Shown here: positions 11,282 to 20,285 of the stretch, piece by piece | How positions within the stretch are numbered: the first letter of the stretch is position 1 | Layout: each line of letters begins with the position of its first letter | Origin: Pseudomonadota bacterium | Lineage (GTDB): Bacteria > Myxococcota_A > UBA796 > JAFGLY01 | Reading direction: 5' to 3' | DNA: 64,000 nt | Assembly (NCBI GenBank): GCA_043814015.1 | Contig: JBDRKM010000157.1 | Location: forward strand, 7,010-71,009 | Position numbers and translations under genes: made by a program | The notes under the pieces: model-generated | The model's input: the letters and a program-made list of their open reading frames with translations, nothing else | Told to the model about the DNA's origin: nothing | The model's database searches: none

Positions 11282-12166
11282 TCAGCGCGTTGGCAGCACG
11301 CTCCACGCATCAAGCTCGAACGTGGACGCCCCCGGCAGGATCTTCACGGCGGAGGCCTCCGGGCAGCCCTCGTCCGTCGCCAGCCCGGGCAGGGGAACGT
11401 CACGCGAGCGCTGCGCTCCGGTCAGCTCCCGCAGGTGCACCGTGCAGACCGCCTCCGGGTCGGCCAGCGAGGGGCAGTCGCCCTCGTAGAGCCACAGCAC
11501 GTCAGGGGATGCGGGCAGCAAGCCCACCTGGGAGGCCAGGACCTCCCCCGCGTAGGCGTGCCAGCAGGCGTGGACCTCGGCCCGCGCCAAGAGGTCCCCT
11601 TCGGGGCTCCAGGCGCACACGGGCGTGGACAGCCCCGGGGGCGGGCAGCACTCGGCGCTGGTCAGACCCCAGGTGATCAGGCGATCCCCGTCCCAGGCCC
11701 CGCCGCGCTCCGTACAGTCCAGCCGCGGCAGGGCCACGGCGCGCTTGTCTTCCAGCCGCACGATGCGACGGAGCTGCTGCCAGGCCCCGTCGGCCTGCAG
11801 CTTGTGGTTGGAGAGGAACAGGTACCGCCCATCCGCGGAGACCGACGATGGCCCCACCCAGTGGTCCACGTGGGTGTACAGGCCGTGGCGCTGGCCCTCG
11901 CGCAGGACCTCCACCACCCAGCTCATGTCGCTGGCCGCGGCCCAGCCGTAGACCCGCAGCGACCACGGCGCGGCCACCGGCACCTCCCACCGCTCGTCCG
12001 CCGTGGCCAGGGAGGCCTCGTCGAAGGCGGCCGGCTGCGGATCCCGGGGCGCGCCGGGTGCCGCGGTGGGCGTGCCCGGGGGCACGGTGGGCGGCAGCGG
12101 GCGGATGGGAGCCTCGGTCAGCGCGAGGGCGGCGAGGAGGAGGATCTGGCCCGGGGTGGGAGGCAT
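11282..12166 (-). CDS. Hypothetical secreted Cys-containing protein
   Basis: Hydrophobic N-terminus MPPTPGQILLLAALAL; coding-like codon usage. Confidence 0.6.
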   Translation of the reverse strand: MPPTPGQILLLAALALTEAPIRPLPPTVPPGTPTAAPGAPRDPQPAAFDEASLATADERWEVPVAAPWSLRVYGWAAASDMSWVVEVLREGQRHGLYTHVDHWVGPSSVSADGRYLFLSNHKLQADGAWQQLRRIVRLEDKRAVALPRLDCTERGGAWDGDRLITWGLTSAECCPPPGLSTPVCAWSPEGDLLARAEVHACWHAYAGEVLASQVGLLPASPDVLWLYEGDCPSLADPEAVCTVHLRELTGAQRSRDVPLPGLATDEGCPEASAVKILPGASTFELDAWSVLPTR

Positions 12167-12296
12167 GAAGGCAGCTAACCGGGGACCGCGCGCCCGCGGA
12201 AGAAACCGGTTGAACGGAGGGTGCGCTGGCCGCCCGCGTCGCCCCCTGTGGTTCTGGCGCGGCCGACCGGAGCCCCCGCCACCCAAGGAGCACCCC

Positions 12297-12752
12297 ATGA
12301 TCACCCGCAAACACCTCCCCATCCTGCTCACCCTCGGGCTCCCCTTCGCGTCGGCCTGCGTCTACTCTCCGCCCAGCGGGTGGTGGGCCTTCGACCTGGT
12401 CGATGCCGACGACGGCTGCAACCTCGACCCCAGCGACGACCTCGACATGGAGATGGAGGTGGGCGACGACGAGGTGGTCCTCTGGGCCGACGACGGCGGC
12501 CTCTCCGTGGACCGGGAGGGGAACGAGTTCTTCTTCTCCGACACCTACGCGGACAACTACGGAGACTTCACCCTCTACCTCGACGAGATCATCGACGGCC
12601 GGTTCACCAGCGGTCACTCGGCGGAGCTGACCATCGAGCTGGCCCTCGACTACTCCTCGCGCCCGGGGGTGACCGTGACCAACCTCGAGATCAACGGCGC
12701 CTCGGTGCCCTGCTCCACGATCATGTACTACGACGGCGAGTTCGACGAGTAG
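12297..12752 (+). CDS. Hypothetical acidic lipoprotein
   Basis: AAGGAG RBS; signal ending FASAC. Confidence 0.75.
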   Translation: MITRKHLPILLTLGLPFASACVYSPPSGWWAFDLVDADDGCNLDPSDDLDMEMEVGDDEVVLWADDGGLSVDREGNEFFFSDTYADNYGDFTLYLDEIIDGRFTSGHSAELTIELALDYSSRPGVTVTNLEINGASVPCSTIMYYDGEFDE

Positions 12753-12993
12753 CCCGCGCGCTCACGCGGGCGGCCCCCGGGTCACGGCCCCGCCGCAGCG
12801 CGGGCAGCACGCCAGGGGCTCGAGGGCCGCCCCGCCGCCCGCTCCGCAGCTCGGCGCGGGGCTCCAGGTCCAGGCGCAGGCGTCACAGCGGATCGTCATC
12901 GGGGTGCTCACGGGACCTCCCATACCCCCGCAGGGAACCGGTCGCCCTTGCACTCCGGGCTCCCGGCTGGCATACCTCGGGCCGGAGGTCCCC

Positions 12994-13722
12994 ATGCGAG
13001 GTGCGCTCATCCCCCTGCTCGGCGCTCTGCTGGCCGGTTGCCTGCCCCCGCCGGCCTGGTACAGCCCCGACGCCGACCTCAAGGCTCTGGCTGGCGGCGC
13101 CCTCGTGCGCGCCTGCCGCGTCGGTGACCCCGCCGCCTGCGCCGAGCTGGCGCGGCTGATCCAGGAGGCCGGGCCCTCCGACCCCGCCCGGGGTGCGGCC
13201 CTCTATGGCCTGCGCGTGGAGGCCTGCGAGCGCGGCGACGACGCCCTGGCCTGCGAGCGGCTGGGCCACGAGCACGTCTACGGCGACTGGCCCGACCTGG
13301 AGCCCCGGCGCAGCCACGCCGCCCTGCTGGCCGCCTGCCAGCGCGGCCTGAGCGACGCCTGCTACATCGCCGGCGCCGCCATCGAGGAGGGCCGGCCGGG
13401 CCCGGCGGACGAGAGGGCCTCCTTCGAGATCTTCCGCCTCGGCTGCACCCTCGACCAGCCGGAGTGCTGCGCCTACGTGGGCTTGAAACTGGAGTTCGGC
13501 CGCGGGGTCCCCCAGGACGACCCCAAGGCGGCCTGGTTCTACGAGCGCGCCTGCGAGCTGGGCGAGCGCAAGATCGGTTGTTTCAACCACGCCCTGCGCC
13601 TGGCCAACCTGCCGGAGGACCAGGTGGACCTCCCGCGGGTCCTGGAGCTGATGCGCGGCTCTTGCGAGGCGGGCACCCAGACCGCTTGTGAGAACCTGCG
13701 GGTGCTGGAGGCTGCGCGGTAG
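12994..13722 (+). CDS. Sel1-like repeat (HcpA-like, Cys-rich) lipoprotein
   Basis: LAGC lipobox; GRGVPQDDPKAAWFYERACELG and further AC..G...AC repeats. Confidence 0.85.
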   Translation: MRGALIPLLGALLAGCLPPPAWYSPDADLKALAGGALVRACRVGDPAACAELARLIQEAGPSDPARGAALYGLRVEACERGDDALACERLGHEHVYGDWPDLEPRRSHAALLAACQRGLSDACYIAGAAIEEGRPGPADERASFEIFRLGCTLDQPECCAYVGLKLEFGRGVPQDDPKAAWFYERACELGERKIGCFNHALRLANLPEDQVDLPRVLELMRGSCEAGTQTACENLRVLEAAR

Positions 13723-14781
13723 TCAGCGTCGCCGCATCCGGCTGCAGCACCCCGCGCATGCCGGGGGCAGCTCACCCGCCGCGCGCAGGAAGCGCCGGTG
13801 CCGGGCGGCGGCCTCGCCGTTCCAGACCTGGCGGAAGGACCGCTCGCGCAGGCTGCCCACCCACACATGGGGGCAGACGCCCAGATCGCCCTGGGCGGAG
13901 ACGATGAAGCGCATCCAGGGGAAGAGACAGTCGTGGGCCGCTGGGTCCCAGATCCCGCGGTAGAGGCCCACGATCTCGGGCTGGGGGCCGTCCGGGTTGA
14001 TCTGGACCGGCACCTCGGGCGAGGCGAGCACCTGCTCCAGGATGGGGGCCAGCTCTTCGGGCGCGATGGGCGTGGGCAGGCTGGCGGAGCCGCAGGAGGA
14101 GGGCTGCGCGGGGTCCATCACGTCGGGCGCGGAGCCGTGCACCGACAGCACCAGCTCGTCGGCGCCCATCTGGCGCGCCAGGGCGGGCAGGGCCGTGAGC
14201 CCGGCGAGTGTCTCCGGCTGGACCACGGCGCGGAGGGCGATGCGTGGGAAGCCGCGGCGGCCGCGCAGGCGCGCCACGTGCTGCACCCCGGCGGCGGCCT
14301 CGGCGAAGGCACCCGCGCGGCCCACCAGGCGGTCGTGGACGGCGGGCGGGCCGTGGATGGAGACCGAGAGGACCGCGAGGCCCGCGGCCGGGCGCAGGGG
14401 GCTGTGATCCAGGAGCCAGCGCGCTTCGGCTGCGTCGAGGCGGGTGGCGTTGGTCTCCAGCACCACGGGCCCGCGGGCCGCGGCGGCCTGGAAGATGTCG
14501 TGGAAGGCCGGGTGCAAGAGGGGCTCCCCGCCGGTCAGCGAGAGGAGGGCCGGGCGCGGCAGCCCGCGGATCAGGGCGACCCACTCCGAGCCGGTCAGCT
14601 CGGGCGCCGAGGGGGGACCCCCGGCGTGCGCCTTGAGGAAGCACATGGCGCAGGCCAGGTTGCAGCGGCGGGTGAGCAGCAGGTAGCCGACCCGCGGGAG
14701 CGGCGCGTGGGTGGCGGGCAGGCGGCGCGCGGCGCGGCCCGCGCCCTCGGACAGGCCGCGGTAGGCCGAGAACAGCTTCAT
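13723..14781 (-). CDS. Radical SAM protein with SPASM/twitch domain
   Basis: CNLACAMC, TGGEPLL, C-terminal CLFPW...GVC...CAGCC. Confidence 0.9.
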   Translation of the reverse strand: MKLFSAYRGLSEGAGRAARRLPATHAPLPRVGYLLLTRRCNLACAMCFLKAHAGGPPSAPELTGSEWVALIRGLPRPALLSLTGGEPLLHPAFHDIFQAAAARGPVVLETNATRLDAAEARWLLDHSPLRPAAGLAVLSVSIHGPPAVHDRLVGRAGAFAEAAAGVQHVARLRGRRGFPRIALRAVVQPETLAGLTALPALARQMGADELVLSVHGSAPDVMDPAQPSSCGSASLPTPIAPEELAPILEQVLASPEVPVQINPDGPQPEIVGLYRGIWDPAAHDCLFPWMRFIVSAQGDLGVCPHVWVGSLRERSFRQVWNGEAAARHRRFLRAAGELPPACAGCCSRMRRR

Positions 14782-15827
14782 CCCGCGCCCTCCGGGCCGT
14801 CGTAGGTGTCGCCCTGGAAGCTGGCGGCCGGGCAGGTGGCGCAGATGGAGATCCCGCGCGGGTCCTGGATGAGCCGGCGGCGGAACTCCCCGTAGCGCGG
14901 CCCGTTCCAGATGGCCGGCAGGCCGCCGGGGTCGTCCAGGTGGCCCATGACGAACTCCCCCTTGGTGTCGGCGCAGCAGGGCACCACCTCGCCGCCGGCC
15001 AGCGCCACCGTGCTCATCCAGGGCCGGTTGCAGGGCACGCGCAGGCGGGTGGGGGTGATGCCGTGGGAGCGGCGCAGATCGGGCCGGCGCGGGGCCAGGC
15101 GCTCCAGGCCCGCGTCGTGGGCCCAGACGAGCTGCCGGAAGCGCACGCGGTCGACCCCCAGCTCCTGCGAGAGCTTCTGGAAGGCGGGCATCTGCGCCTC
15201 GGTGTCCCGGGTGAGCACCATCTTCAGCTCCACCAGGGGCAGGCGGCTGCCCAGGCGGTCGCGTACGGCCAGGAAGCGGGAGACGTTGCGCGTGACCCGC
15301 TCGAAGTCGTCGCTGCCGTGCACCGCGCGGTAGGTGGCGGCGTCAGTGGCGTCCAGCGAGACGGTCATCAGCACCAGGCCCGCGTGGATCAGCTCCTCGG
15401 AGCGTGCCTCGTCCAGCAGCAGGCCGTTGGTGGTGAGCGCGGTGAGCAGCCCGTGCTGGGCTCCCGCCGCCACCATGGCGCCGAGCGCAGGGTGCAGCAG
15501 GGGCTCGCCCCAGTTCCACAGGGAGAGGATCAGCGCGTGGCTGCCCACGTCGGCCAGCAGGCGCCGGTAGAGGTCCATGTCCAGCAGGGTGGCTGGCCTG
15601 GCGTCGGGCAGGACCAGCGCGCACATGGGGCAGCGCAGGTTGCAGGCTGTGGAGGGCTCCACCTGCACCGCCCAGGGCAGTCCGCGCACGTGGGTGCGCA
15701 TGGCGGCCATGGAGGCCGCGGCGGCCGCCTGGTTGGCCAGCCGGCGGGGCTGCCTCAGGGTGCGCGTGGCCGGGCCGAGCAGCGCCCGCAGCTCCCGGGG
15801 GCTGAACTCGGCGTTGAGGAATCGCAT
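14778..15827 (-). CDS. Radical SAM protein with SPASM/twitch domain
   Basis: CNLRCPMC, NWGEPLL, TTNG, CNRPW...PCC...CATC; 4-nt overlap with the next gene. Confidence 0.9.
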   Translation of the reverse strand: MRFLNAEFSPRELRALLGPATRTLRQPRRLANQAAAAASMAAMRTHVRGLPWAVQVEPSTACNLRCPMCALVLPDARPATLLDMDLYRRLLADVGSHALILSLWNWGEPLLHPALGAMVAAGAQHGLLTALTTNGLLLDEARSEELIHAGLVLMTVSLDATDAATYRAVHGSDDFERVTRNVSRFLAVRDRLGSRLPLVELKMVLTRDTEAQMPAFQKLSQELGVDRVRFRQLVWAHDAGLERLAPRRPDLRRSHGITPTRLRVPCNRPWMSTVALAGGEVVPCCADTKGEFVMGHLDDPGGLPAIWNGPRYGEFRRRLIQDPRGISICATCPAASFQGDTYDGPEGAG

Positions 15828-16117
15828 GGGGGCTCCGCGGCCGGCGTGGTGGGGTTCGATATACCTCGAGGCCCCACCGACGCCTACCGACCGCGACGCC
15901 GGCACCTGGTGTCGCGTCCCACCGCCGGTCACCTGCTGAAGCGGCCTTCGCCCCAAGCCCGGCCACCAGCTCGTTGCCCACGCGTGCGCTCGCAGACAAC
16001 CCCAACCAGCCTTTGGGCAGCGAGGTGCCCCGAGAAGGGCGCGGTGGATGGGTACGGCCACCTTTACGCGGCCCCCCGGGCTCCTTATGGTCCCGCGGCC
16101 TCCAGGCTGGAGTCCTC

Positions 16118-17659
16118 TTGGACGACCGCGCCCGCACCACCCTCGCCCTCGTCTCCCTGTACCTGGTGGAGAACCGCGCCGTGCGCTGCCTGGCCGCGTT
16201 CCTGCGCCAGCGTGGCCGCCGCGTGGTGGAGATCTACCTGGGCGACTGGGCCAACAATCGCCTCGACGGCCCCACCCCGGATGACATCGCCCGCCTGCAC
16301 GAGGTGCTGCGGGCCGAAGGCGTCGGGCTGGTGGGCTTCTCGGTGACCGCCTCGGGCTACGAGGCCGTGGCCGCCGGCCTGACCCGCGCCATCCAGCGCG
16401 ATGCCGGGCTCCCCGTGATCTGGGGCGGCCTGCACCCCACCTCGGTCCCCGAGGACTGCCTGCGGTACGCGGACTACGTCTGCGTGGGCGAGGGCGAGGA
16501 GCCGACGCTGGCCCTGCTGCAGGCCCTGGATGCGGGCGGGGCCCCGGGCGAGGTCCCCGGGCTGTGGCGCCGCGGCCCCGCGGGCGTGGTGTCCGGTCCC
16601 CGCCGGCCCCTGGTCGCCGACGCCGACGACCTGCCGGATCCAGACTACGGCAGCCCCGACAAGGTCGCTATCAGCCACGGACGGATCCTGCGGGGCGACC
16701 CCTACGTCGGCTCCCCGCTGGTGGCCCTGCCGGCCTCGCTCGGTTGCCCCTACGCCACCTGCAGCTTCTGCGGCAACACCGTGCTGCGCCGCGTGCTGGC
16801 CCCCGACGGCGGCTTCTACCGCCTGCGCTCCCCCGCGCGGGTCATCGCCGAGATCCACGCCGCCCGCCAGCACTTCCGCCAGGTGCGCGCCGTGCGCTTC
16901 GAGGACGGCGTGTTCGCCTTCCAGCGGGCCTGGGCGCGGGAATTCGCCCCCCTGTACCGCCGCGAGGTGGGCCTGCCCTTCTCCTGCATGGCGGATCCGC
17001 GCGTGGTGGACCCCGAGTGGGTGGCCCTCATGCGCGACGCCGGCCTGACCGAGGTCTTCCTGGGCATCCAGCACACCGAGCGGGTCAGCCGGGAGCTCTA
17101 CACCCGCCCGGTCACCAACGCCCAGATCCGGGCGGCCGGCCAGGCGCTCTCCGCCGCCGGCATCCGCGTCAACTACCAGGTCGTGCTGGACGACCCCGTC
17201 TCCACCGAGCAGGACAAGCGCGATCTGTTGGAGCTGCTCCTCTCCCTGCCGCGGCCCTGCAACCTCTTCCTGTTCTCCATGACCGTCTTCCCGAAGAGCC
17301 CCCTGGCCGACATGCTGCTTGCGCAGGGGCTCATCACCGAGGACGACATCGAGGGCAGGGCCACCCGCATCTTCCAGCAGTGGCGCGTGTCCTTCGCCTG
17401 GCCGCGCACGCCGGAGGAGCGCTTCTGGCTGGCCCTGCTGGTGCTGGCCCCCAAGCGCGGCGTGCCCCGGGCGCTCATGCGCCGCCTCATGGACTCCCGC
17501 CGCCTGCGCCGCGACCCCCGCCCCCTGCTGGCGGCGGCCCAGGCCATGAACACCGTCAAGATGCCGCTGATGGCCCTGGACATGCTGCGCCGGGGCGAGG
17601 TGGACGCCCGCACCTTGAAGCGCTGGATCGGGCGGCCGGGCTCGTGGGTGACGGCTTGA
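16118..17659 (+). CDS. B12-binding radical SAM protein
   Basis: WGGLHPT, VCVGEGE, GCPYATCSFC (CX4CX2C). Probable TTG start after GGAG. Confidence 0.85.
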   Translation: MDDRARTTLALVSLYLVENRAVRCLAAFLRQRGRRVVEIYLGDWANNRLDGPTPDDIARLHEVLRAEGVGLVGFSVTASGYEAVAAGLTRAIQRDAGLPVIWGGLHPTSVPEDCLRYADYVCVGEGEEPTLALLQALDAGGAPGEVPGLWRRGPAGVVSGPRRPLVADADDLPDPDYGSPDKVAISHGRILRGDPYVGSPLVALPASLGCPYATCSFCGNTVLRRVLAPDGGFYRLRSPARVIAEIHAARQHFRQVRAVRFEDGVFAFQRAWAREFAPLYRREVGLPFSCMADPRVVDPEWVALMRDAGLTEVFLGIQHTERVSRELYTRPVTNAQIRAAGQALSAAGIRVNYQVVLDDPVSTEQDKRDLLELLLSLPRPCNLFLFSMTVFPKSPLADMLLAQGLITEDDIEGRATRIFQQWRVSFAWPRTPEERFWLALLVLAPKRGVPRALMRRLMDSRRLRRDPRPLLAAAQAMNTVKMPLMALDMLRRGEVDARTLKRWIGRPGSWVTA

Positions 17660-17662
17660 TGG

Positions 17663-19690
17663 TCAGGGCGCGAGCCCCTCGCCGGTGAGCAGCACCCGCA
17701 CCTCCTCCTCGTCCGGATCGTTGGAGCGGATGACCAGCTCGGCGGAGAACTCGCCCGCCGCGGCGGGGGTGAAGCTGACCGCGATGGTGGCATGCTGGAG
17801 GTGTTCCAGCGCCAGGCTGGTGGCCGAGGTGAGCAGGAACGGGCCCTCCGCCGGCTCGATGGCGATGGAGGAGATCTCCAGCGTCTGCCGGCCCAGGTTG
17901 TCCACGGAGATCTCCGCGGTGTCCGTCTCTCCGGCAGGGCGCGCGCCGAAGGCCCAGCTCCCGGGCTCCACCTCGATGTCCGGCTCCCGCTCGTAGATCC
18001 CCGTGTGGGGTGCCATGTACTCGCACACGCCCCAGCCGCAGGCCTGCACCCCCACCGTGGCCACCAGCCCGAGCACCACGGCGGCGTGCCGGGCCAGGCG
18101 CCCGCTGGGCATCCCACCCCTCGCCACCTGGTCGAGGCCGGTGCGGGCCGCCACGAAGGCGTCGAGACGGGCGCCGAGGGCGCGGTAGACCTCCCAGGCG
18201 CGCTCACGATCCGCGCGCTCCAGGGCGGCGATGGTCTCCACCTCGCGGCGCCAGGCCGGATCGACCGGGGTGGCGCGAGCGGCCAGGTCCACGACGGCAG
18301 CCAGGATGTCGATGGTGGCCGTGTTGACCTCGAGCTGGGCGACGTGGATGTCGGCCACCAGGCGCTGGGCCTCGGGCTCGGGGTAGAAGCGCGCGAGCGT
18401 GGCGGCCAGATGATCCATGCCGATCACGCGCTGCAAGAGGCTCTCGTGGGCCCAGCAGCGCTCCTGCAGGAGGGCCGTGACGATGTCGAAGGCGCGGTCG
18501 AGAGCCGGCTCGGCCATGGGGTAGCCACGGGCCAGGTAGTCCCCGGTGGCGCGGCCCTCGGCCAGCATGCGCCGCTCCAGCGGGGTGCCGGCGTAGATCT
18601 CGGCGCGGGCGAAGCCGGTGGGGTGCTGGGCGAAGCGGCGGAGGAAGTCGATGTCCGCTCGCATGCCGGCCAGCGTTGCGTCGGGGTGGAAGACCATGAG
18701 CCCGAACTGGGAGGAGATGCCCAGGTGGTCGCAGAGGTCGAGGGCTCGCTCCGAGTCGGCCACGGCCTGGCGCCGGCCCAGGGAGGCCAGCCCCTCGGGG
18801 GTGGCGGACTCCACGCCCATGAACAGGCGGATCAGGCCCATGTCCCGGAGCTCCTCGAGGATGCCGCGCTCGGCCTCCTGGGGGCGGCACTTGATCACCA
18901 GGGCGTGCTCGCCCACGCCCCTGGCGCGCAGGCCGTGGCGCAGGGCGGCCAGGCGCGCACGGTTGGCGCGCTGGGACGGCACCAGGAAGTTGTCGTCGTG
19001 GAACACGAACTGGCGAATCCCGCGGCCGTGGTAGAGATCCGCCAGCTCGGCGGCCACGTCGTCGGCCGGCCGCTGGCGGAAGCGCGGCCCGGGGCAGAGG
19101 CGGTGCAGGGTCTGGATGCAGCAGTAGTGGCAGTCGCCCAGGCAGCCGCGGGAGCCGAGCAGGTACGCGGTGGGCACCCCGGCCAGCAGGCGCACGGGGC
19201 CGGCGCGCAGGGGGCGCGGAAAGGCTGTCAGATCCGGCTCGATGGGTCGTACGGCCGTGACGCGGGGCCCCGCGGGGGTGCGCAGCACCAGCCCGGGTAC
19301 GGCGGTCCAGGCGGGCGGGTCCGCGCCCTGGTCTGCCAGCTCCACCAGGCTCTGCTCGCCCTCGTGCAGCACCACCGCGTCGATCTCGGGGTGGTGGGCC
19401 AGCAGCTCCTCGGCCGCACAGGAGGCGTAGTGCCCGCCGGCCACCACGGGCGGCCCGCCCGCCCGCCGCAGGGCGCGGGCCAGGCGCAAGAACTCCCGGG
19501 CGCGGGCCTGAAAGGCCATGGACAGGCCGACCAGATCGGCGCCCGCAGCGCGGCGAAGCACCTCTGGGAGCTGCCCCGCGTGCTCGAACGGCACCTGCTC
19601 GGCGCGGTGCCCCGCCCGCTGCAGGGCGGCGGCCAGATACGCCAGGGAGAGGTTCTCTTCGAGATCGGGGCCGACGAGCAGGACGTACAT
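17663..19690 (-). CDS. B12-binding radical SAM protein fused to a lipoprotein-signal-like segment and choice-of-anchor-D/ASH-type Ig domain
   Basis: ENLSLAYLAAAL, AGGHYAS, HEGE, SRGCLGDCHYC, FHDDNF, GVES; tail LARHAAVVLGLVATVGVQAC-GWGVCEYMAP...ISVDNLG...VSFTP...IRSNDPDE...LTGEG. Confidence 0.85.
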   Translation of the reverse strand: MYVLLVGPDLEENLSLAYLAAALQRAGHRAEQVPFEHAGQLPEVLRRAAGADLVGLSMAFQARAREFLRLARALRRAGGPPVVAGGHYASCAAEELLAHHPEIDAVVLHEGEQSLVELADQGADPPAWTAVPGLVLRTPAGPRVTAVRPIEPDLTAFPRPLRAGPVRLLAGVPTAYLLGSRGCLGDCHYCCIQTLHRLCPGPRFRQRPADDVAAELADLYHGRGIRQFVFHDDNFLVPSQRANRARLAALRHGLRARGVGEHALVIKCRPQEAERGILEELRDMGLIRLFMGVESATPEGLASLGRRQAVADSERALDLCDHLGISSQFGLMVFHPDATLAGMRADIDFLRRFAQHPTGFARAEIYAGTPLERRMLAEGRATGDYLARGYPMAEPALDRAFDIVTALLQERCWAHESLLQRVIGMDHLAATLARFYPEPEAQRLVADIHVAQLEVNTATIDILAAVVDLAARATPVDPAWRREVETIAALERADRERAWEVYRALGARLDAFVAARTGLDQVARGGMPSGRLARHAAVVLGLVATVGVQACGWGVCEYMAPHTGIYEREPDIEVEPGSWAFGARPAGETDTAEISVDNLGRQTLEISSIAIEPAEGPFLLTSATSLALEHLQHATIAVSFTPAAAGEFSAELVIRSNDPDEEEVRVLLTGEGLAP

Positions 19691-19823
19691 AGGCGTCTCC
19701 GTGGGGGGCGCGGAAGGAGCAGGGGACGTCGATGTGTGCCTGGCCTGACGTGGGTACCCTACCACGTGCCCCCGCACGCCTGAAGAGATCACCCGGATGC
19801 CGAATCGTCGGCTCCGCCGACGC

Positions 19824-19968
19824 AGCCGTCAGGTATCGGCGGTCAGCTATCAGCTCTCTCGAGCGGCACCTGGCGTCAGCGCACTTCACCCGCTGGGTGA
19901 TCACGTCCGAGCCGGGTGACTCGCGACGAAGGTGCTTGCTGAAACCTGATACCTGAAAGCTGATGGCT
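19824..19968. repeat. Imperfect 31-bp inverted repeat built from 7-mer units (REP-like element)
   Basis: AGCCGTCAGGTATCGGCGGTCAGCTATCAGC (19824-19854) pairs with GCTGAAACCTGATACCTGAAAGCTGATGGCT (19938-19968). Confidence 0.7.
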
Positions 19969-20131
19969 CTGTGTCCGGCTTCGGCGGATGCGGGAGAGTG
20001 GGGTCGAAGTTGCCGCGTTGCGATCAAAGCCGCCTCCAGGGTTCCACCTGCGCCGCCGGCGGCGCGGTTCGTCGAGCCTGTTGACCAACGAACGCCACTT
20101 TTCGCAAGTCCCGGCGCCTCGCCGGCCACTG

Positions 20132-20212
20132 CAGAGGCGCCTTCCCCGCATTCTGGCAACCCCAGAGGCGCTCTCCTCGCAATCTGGCAACTTCATGGGC
20201 GCTTTCCCCGCA
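20132..20212. repeat. Degenerate 31-bp tandem repeat (about 2.6 copies), intergenic
   Basis: CAGAGGCGCCTTCCCCGCATTCTGGCAACCC / CAGAGGCGCTCTCCTCGCAATCTGGCAACTT / CATGGGCGCTTTCCCCGCA. Confidence 0.75.
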
Positions 20213-20285
20213 CCTCCTCCCTGGATGTGATCGCTGGCGCGCGTTGAGAGCACCTTTCATGTGTGCCATCCGCAGGAGGACCACC

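Noticed and set aside
20132-20212. Mini-CRISPR array
   Set aside because: The units are directly adjacent with no spacers, are degenerate, and no cas genes are present.
20235-20251. Sigma54 promoter TGGCGCG...
   Set aside because: The -12 GC is not at the required spacing.
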